Source: Bacteroidota bacterium
GTDB lineage: Bacteria > Bacteroidota > Rhodothermia > Rhodothermales > Rubricoccaceae
Direction: 5' to 3'
Length of the DNA: 64,000 nucleotides
NCBI GenBank assembly: GCA_012960515.1
Contig: DUBD01000191.1
Location: 164-64,163 of the forward strand
Part shown: positions 59,103 through 64,000 of the stretch, in pieces
How the letters are laid out: every line of letters begins with the position of its first letter
Position numbering within the stretch: position 1 is the stretch's first letter
The notes under the pieces: model-generated
Told to the model about the DNA's origin: nothing
The model's database searches: none
Seen by the model: only the letters and a program-made list of their open reading frames with translations
Program-made: the position numbers and the translations under genes

Positions 59103-60578
59103 CTATCGGTGGAGCCTCGTCCAGAGCCGGGTGACGTCGTGCACGACGGGGTCGTCGAGGTGTCCGTTGGCCGCGTGGAAGGCGAGGAGCTTGCCCGCGA
59201 CCTCCTCGTAGGTCTTGGCGCGACCGCGCTTGAAGAAGTGCCAGCGCTTGGGCGGCTCATCACACAGGAGCGCGCGGAGGTAGCGGACGGCGTCGACTGC
59301 GGCGACCGGGCTGGCGATGCCGGTCTCTTCGAGAACGTGGGCCTCGTGGGCGACGGCGCGGTCTCGTCCCACGGCGTCCTCGAAGAGGGCGAAGACCTCG
59401 GTGCGGAGCCGGTCGAGCTCCGTCGCGAGGGGGTGGCGCGTGGCCGCCTGCGGCGCCGGGGGTGGGGAGGACGGGAGCGCGGCCATCGTGGGGGCGCTCG
59501 GGGCCTCTGGCGGGGCAGGCGGCTCGGCGTGAGCGGAGCCGTCGCCAGAGGTCATCGTGATCGTTTCGGCTGGCTCGCTGGCGCCAGGCTCCGGTGCGGG
59601 GGGAGGACCCATCGCGTTCAGGACTAGACCGCTCTGGGAGAGGGGGCCAGCGGGAGAGAGGGAGGTGCCTGGAGATCCGCCCTGCAATTCCGCGACGAGG
59701 GCGCCGAGGCCCGTCGCGTGAGGGTGGCTGGGCTCGACGAGGCGAGGGCGCTCGGCGCGTTCGCGGAGGTAGCTCTCGACGGCCTCAGCCTGATCGTCGG
59801 CTAGCGTCGCGCCCGGATCGGCGACGGGTGGAAGAGCGAGGGGCGCCGTCTCGCCAGAGGCCCCTCGGCGGGCGAGCGCGAGGCGGTTGGCCTGCTCGAT
59901 GACGCCGTCGAGGTCGAAGGCGCGGTCGCTCCGGTCGGGGAGCGTCGCGCGGTTTTTCGCCCGGTCGTAGAGCAGGACGCGCCCGGTGACGCCGTCGAGG
60001 TGATGGGCGAGCGTGGTCGCGAGCTCGTCGTTGGGCGCGCCGTCTTCGGCCGAGCCGGTGAGGTCAGCGAGGTCGAGGAGAAGAACGCGAGGGCGGTCGG
60101 GGTCGGAGAAGTCGTTGACTTCGAGGACGCCGCCTCCGCAGCCGGAGCGCGCGATCTGGCGCGCGACGAGCTCGGCGGACTCGCGGCCGTCGACGTGGAG
60201 CTTGAGGCACTCCGCGTAGAAGACGGTCTCGAGGAAGCGGGCGCACTCCGGCTCCGCCAGCTCGAAGAGGCTGAGGAAGGCGTCATGGCCCGCGTCGCGG
60301 TGCTCGATGAAGCGCGCGAGCGCCGAGGCGGGCGTGACCGGGAAGCGGTAGTCCGGCGTGGTGCGGGCGACGGTGAGGAGCTGCCCCGACGAGGCCACGA
60401 AGGTGTCGTAGGTCGGTCCGAGGGTCCCGTGTCCGTCGCCAGAGGCGGTCTCACCGTGGGCTCCGTACCGGACGACGATGAGCGACACGACCCCCTGGGC
60501 CTGCTGGTCGGCGAGGCCTACCGGGTCCGCGAAGGACGCCGGGACGTGCTCGAAGATGGGGTGTGCCGTCGTGAGCAT
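59103..60578 (-). CDS. Hypothetical protein (globular N-terminal domains, Pro/Ala linker, helical C-terminal domain)
   Basis: 491 aa; TGATG-coupled to the upstream gene; abuts the AAA gene. Confidence 0.7.
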   Translation of the reverse strand: MLTTAHPIFEHVPASFADPVGLADQQAQGVVSLIVVRYGAHGETASGDGHGTLGPTYDTFVASSGQLLTVARTTPDYRFPVTPASALARFIEHRDAGHDAFLSLFELAEPECARFLETVFYAECLKLHVDGRESAELVARQIARSGCGGGVLEVNDFSDPDRPRVLLLDLADLTGSAEDGAPNDELATTLAHHLDGVTGRVLLYDRAKNRATLPDRSDRAFDLDGVIEQANRLALARRGASGETAPLALPPVADPGATLADDQAEAVESYLRERAERPRLVEPSHPHATGLGALVAELQGGSPGTSLSPAGPLSQSGLVLNAMGPPPAPEPGASEPAETITMTSGDGSAHAEPPAPPEAPSAPTMAALPSSPPPAPQAATRHPLATELDRLRTEVFALFEDAVGRDRAVAHEAHVLEETGIASPVAAVDAVRYLRALLCDEPPKRWHFFKRGRAKTYEEVAGKLLAFHAANGHLDDPVVHDVTRLWTRLHR

Positions 60579-61378
60579 CAGGGTGCGGGGGCGCGGTCGC
60601 CAGGAGCCTCTGGCGAGGCGAGCGCGAGGTCGGGGTCGCCACCGGCGTCGAGCGTGGCGAGACGGGCGGCGTTCGTGGCCAGTGCGTGCTCGGCCGAGAG
60701 GAGCGCCAGGCGTTGGCGCGCGAGCCCCTCGTAGTCGAGGTCGCCCTGTTCGTACTTCATCTCGGCGAGGCGTGTCAGCTCCCGCTGGGCCTCGACGCGG
60801 CGGGCGAGGTAGTCGGCCTCGATGCGGAGCTGGACCGCGGCGAGGTCGGCGCGTCGCTGCTGCTCGGCCTCTCGCTCCCGTTCGTCCGCCTCGCGCTCGG
60901 CACGAGCGATGATGCGCTCTCGGGCCTGGGCCTCCTGGCGCTCGCGTCGGGCGTGGTGGAGGTCGATTCGGGCCTCGGCGAGCGTGACGGCGGCGCGGGC
61001 GCGGTGGAGGGGGCGGCGGTCGAGGAGCTGTTCGAGCGACCACGAGGCCGTGACGCCCCACGTGTCGCCGGGCCAGCGCGCGATGGCGGCGTAGGCGGGG
61101 TCGTAGCCCTGGGACGAGATGGAGGGGAAGGCGAGGCCGCGCGTGGAGACGCTGAGGAAGAAGTCGAGCTGGGGCCGGAGGCGCGCAAGGCCGGAGGTCG
61201 CACGCAGCTCCAGCCGGGCGAGGTCGAGACGGGCCTCCTCAATGCGGAGCGCGGCCGTCGACGTGTCGGCGGCGAGGAAGAGATCCGCGAGGGGATCGCC
61301 GCTGCCGAGCGGAGCGGGCTCCTGACCGTGGCAGACGGCCGAGCCGAAGAGGGCGAAGACGAGGAGGACGAGGCGCAT
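60578..61378 (-). CDS. Short TolC/OEP-like secreted protein
   Basis: Signal peptide; coiled-coil helices, WGVTASWSLEQL strand, KYEQGDL motif. About half the length of TolC. Confidence 0.6.
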   Translation of the reverse strand: MRLVLLVFALFGSAVCHGQEPAPLGSGDPLADLFLAADTSTAALRIEEARLDLARLELRATSGLARLRPQLDFFLSVSTRGLAFPSISSQGYDPAYAAIARWPGDTWGVTASWSLEQLLDRRPLHRARAAVTLAEARIDLHHARRERQEAQARERIIARAEREADEREREAEQQRRADLAAVQLRIEADYLARRVEAQRELTRLAEMKYEQGDLDYEGLARQRLALLSAEHALATNAARLATLDAGGDPDLALASPEAPGDRAPAP

Positions 61379-61383
61379 CGGTC

Positions 61384-61731
61384 TCAGGCGTGGGCGGGCT
61401 CGGGCGCGAGCGCCTGGAGGGACGGCGCGTCGGCCGGGTCGAGGCCGGCGGCTCCGGCCAGCGCCTTGAGAAAGCCGTCCCCAAGGACGGGGCGACGCTC
61501 GAAAAGGGCCAGCGTCTGGCTGGCCAGTTCGGCGTGGAAGCCGGGCGGCATCGCGTGGTAGTGCTCGCAGTGGTGGAGCCGGAGCGCGGCGTAGGCCTGC
61601 CGGTCGTGGTCGCGGCCGGTGGCCTCGAGCGCGTTGCGGACGACGCAGATGTCGAAGCGGTGCGAGGTCAGCATCCGGTAGAGCGCGAGGGCGACGGACC
61701 GGCGGCGGAAGGGGTCGATGGTGTCGAGCAT
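61384..61731 (-). CDS. Hypothetical protein with FDIC...LHHC motif
   Basis: 115 aa; HRFDICVV...YAALRLHHCEHYHAM. Confidence 0.6.
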   Translation of the reverse strand: MLDTIDPFRRRSVALALYRMLTSHRFDICVVRNALEATGRDHDRQAYAALRLHHCEHYHAMPPGFHAELASQTLALFERRPVLGDGFLKALAGAAGLDPADAPSLQALAPEPAHA

Positions 61732-61848
61732 GGTGGCACCTGCGGTGCGGGACTGGGGACTATGCGCTGTCGCGCCGGGACTGGGGACTGGCAAGGGGCG
61801 CGTACTCCCTGTTCCCGAGTCCCTAGTCCCGCGCGAGCGAAGCGAGCG

Positions 61849-62733
61849 CTACCCCTCCGTGTTCTCGCGGATCACGACGCCGTCACCGCCCCGCTGCTTG
61901 GTCTGGCGGAAGGTGCCGTTCACGTAGTCGTTGCGCGAGACGACCGAGCCGTCGGCGGTGTCGCCGGAGGAGAGGAGCGTCCGGAGCAGCGTGCCGGTCA
62001 CGTTGCCCTCGGCGTCGATGGCGAAGTCGGCGCCGTAGTAGCGCGTGCGGACCGAGCCGTCGGGGCCGCCGTCGCGGAGCGTACCCGTCCCGTTGGTATT
62101 GAGCGTGGCGACGGGCTCGCGGACGGTGACCGACTCGCGCAGCTCCTGGTTGGCGTAGCTCACGACGGCCTCGCCCTCGGCGGGCGAGTAGACCTGGGCG
62201 ACGCGCCACGTGTCGTAGGTCGAGAAGCTGGCCTCGGCGTCGTTGGAGGCGCCGGTGAGGTAGGGGATGGAGCCCGCCTGGAGCGCGGAGACGAAGCCCA
62301 CGAGGTCGGCGTAGGTGAGGAACGAGAGCGTGACCGACTCGACGGCGTCCAGGCCGCCCACGTCGCGGGCGTGCTGGACGCGGGCCTGCCAGACGCCGAC
62401 GCCCTGGGGCTCGCGGTACTGGAGCTGGACCAGGAAGCCCTTGGCGTTGACGGCGTCGTAGACGCCGGTGTAGGTCGTCGTGTCGACGCGGGCGCTCATC
62501 GAGGCGAGCGCAGTGGCGCCCGTCGCGGAGGCCGCGCGAGCGGCGGAGCCCGAGTCGCCGAAGCCGAGGGAGAAGAGCTCCTCCACTTCCTCAAAGGCTG
62601 CGGTGACGAGCGCCGATTCGTTCGCGGAGATGGGCTCGATGGGATCGGGGCCCGTGGGGCCGTCCGTCGGGATGGTGGCGTCGCAGGCGGCGAGGAGCAG
62701 CGCCAGAGGCGCGAGAAGGAGAACGCGGAGCAT
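61849..62733 (-). CDS. Hypothetical lipoprotein
   Basis: LLAAC lipobox; beta-rich body. Confidence 0.8.
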   Translation of the reverse strand: MLRVLLLAPLALLLAACDATIPTDGPTGPDPIEPISANESALVTAAFEEVEELFSLGFGDSGSAARAASATGATALASMSARVDTTTYTGVYDAVNAKGFLVQLQYREPQGVGVWQARVQHARDVGGLDAVESVTLSFLTYADLVGFVSALQAGSIPYLTGASNDAEASFSTYDTWRVAQVYSPAEGEAVVSYANQELRESVTVREPVATLNTNGTGTLRDGGPDGSVRTRYYGADFAIDAEGNVTGTLLRTLLSSGDTADGSVVSRNDYVNGTFRQTKQRGGDGVVIRENTEG

Positions 62734-63030
62734 GGTGTGGTTGAGGGTGCGCCCGTCGAGGGCTGGGGAGGCCGAGAGCGGCCGGGGAGAGGCGAGGGCA
62801 CGCCTCTGGCGGAGTGCCAGCTTGGCTGGCATGGGGGGCCGCTGAGCGGCCCAGGGGAGCCTCCTCCTCCACGCCGCGTAGACGGGTGCAGGATCGAAGC
62901 TCTCCGGTCGCGCAATGCGCGGCCATGGTTGACTTGCGTCGACCTATCGGTTGAGGGTGTCGGTTCGGGTCTTCGGACCGGGCGGCCACCGGGGCAGGGC
63001 TAACAGTCCCCGGTGGCCGTCTCTGTGTGG

Positions 63031-64000
63031 TTAGAGGTCGGGGGAGCGGTCGAGCGCGCCGGGACGCGGCGCGACGAGCACGACGCGGACCTCGGTGCGG
63101 TCGGGCCCGAGGGCGCGGGTCTCGATGCGGCGGACGACGCCCGCGCCAGAGGAGCGGACGATCCCGTCCCGCGAGGCGGTGGCGTGGCGGAGCCGAGCCC
63201 GACGGAGACGGGCGGCGGCCTCGCGGACGCGCTCGGCCTGGGTGCGCTGCCAGGCATCGGCGCGAGCGGCGGACTGGGACTCGGCGGCGGCGAGCTGGGC
63301 GCGGAGATCGGCGGCCCGGGCACGAGCGGACTCTAGGGCGCGCGCAGGCTCGAAGCCCTGGGCGTGACGCTCGGCGATGCGTCGGGAGGCGTCCTCGGCC
63401 TGGGTGAGCCGCTGGCGGAGCGCGACGGGGTCGGACGCCAGAGGCGGACGTGCGCTCTGTGCGGCGGCGAGGGCGGCCTGCGCCTCGGCCACGTCGAGGC
63501 GGGCGGTGACGAGCGCCGACGAGGTGAGCACGGCGATCGTGTCGCCGACGGCGACGGTCTGGCCTTCCTGAACGAGGAGGCGGGGCGGCTCGGACGGCTT
63601 GTGGGCAAACGTCACGCGGCGGACCTCGGAGCGAGCCGTGTCCTGGGGGTCGTAGTCCTCCGCCTCGCCCTCGCGTGTAAACACGCGGAGTGTGACGGAG
63701 CCCTGCTCGACGAGGAAGCCCGAGAGGTTCAGGCGGTCGAGGTCGGCGAGCGTCGCGAACTGGAGCGAGAGCCGCTTCTCCGTGCCCGTGACCGTGTCGA
63801 AGCGGAACTCGTCGGGCGTGACGCCCGCGGCCTCGGTGAGCGTGACCTGTCCGTCGATAAGGTGGCGGACGGGCTGGCCGTCGGGACCATCGGGCACGAG
63901 CGACTCGAGGTCGGCGAGGACGCGGCCGTCGAGCGTGATCTGGCGGCGGGAGACCTGGACGCGGTCGCCCCGGTGCGCGATGACGCGGTCGGGCTGGAAG
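63031..64000 (-). CDS. Protein with C-terminal HlyD/biotinyl-lipoyl-like and coiled-coil region (5' end beyond window)
   Basis: Frame is open to the window edge; LLVQEGQTVAVGDTIAVL, coiled coil, VRSSGAGVVRRI. Confidence 0.65.
   Translation of the reverse strand, partial: FQPDRVIAHRGDRVQVSRRQITLDGRVLADLESLVPDGPDGQPVRHLIDGQVTLTEAAGVTPDEFRFDTVTGTEKRLSLQFATLADLDRLNLSGFLVEQGSVTLRVFTREGEAEDYDPQDTARSEVRRVTFAHKPSEPPRLLVQEGQTVAVGDTIAVLTSSALVTARLDVAEAQAALAAAQSARPPLASDPVALRQRLTQAEDASRRIAERHAQGFEPARALESARARAADLRAQLAAAESQSAARADAWQRTQAERVREAAARLRRARLRHATASRDGIVRSSGAGVVRRIETRALGPDRTEVRVVLVAPRPGALDRSPDL

Noticed and set aside
54111-59627. Long plus-strand ORFs (739 aa and 906 aa)
   Set aside because: Antisense shadows of well-formed minus-strand genes.

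Overview
High-GC (roughly 70%+ by eye) DNA that looks like part of a plasmid or chromid from a Rhodothermota/Bacteroidota-like host (Rubrivirga/Rubricoccus-like). The host assignment is inference from T9SS-type C-terminal domains, a TolC-fused CzcA and C-rich leaders. 1-25.6 kb: heavy-metal cargo, with a two-component system, copA/copB, a frameshifted Cu-ATPase and methyltransferase, an ArsR-czcA(TolC)-czcB operon, CaCA/CDF/ZIP transporters and a P1B-4 ATPase. 25.9-31 kb: Rrf2-controlled nirK cluster with nitrosative-stress genes, ending in a broken ric remnant. 31-37.5 kb: AAA/DUF4143 protein, stand-alone adenine methylase, SLOG/DprA-like gene, umuDC. 37.5-46 kb (minus): DUF4365-like nuclease, NACHT ATPase with C-terminal nuclease, six-core ATP-grasp RiPP (graspetide) precursor TxTxTREExD, its ligase and a coupled membrane protein. 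46-49.3 kb: ParG-like/ParA, Rep, iterons and a DnaA box. 49.5-64 kb (minus): an unfamiliar secretion-type cluster (HlyD-like, TolC-like, AAA ATPase, two Gly/Asp-repeat proteins, two T9SS endonucleases, ABC/HlyD). The most striking non-gene signal is the 10-mer GCCTCTGGCG: about 28 exact copies, in both orientations, concentrated in backbone segments and absent from most cargo. No rRNA, tRNA, CRISPR or intact transposase was recognised. All family calls come from motif recognition by eye; no searches were run.
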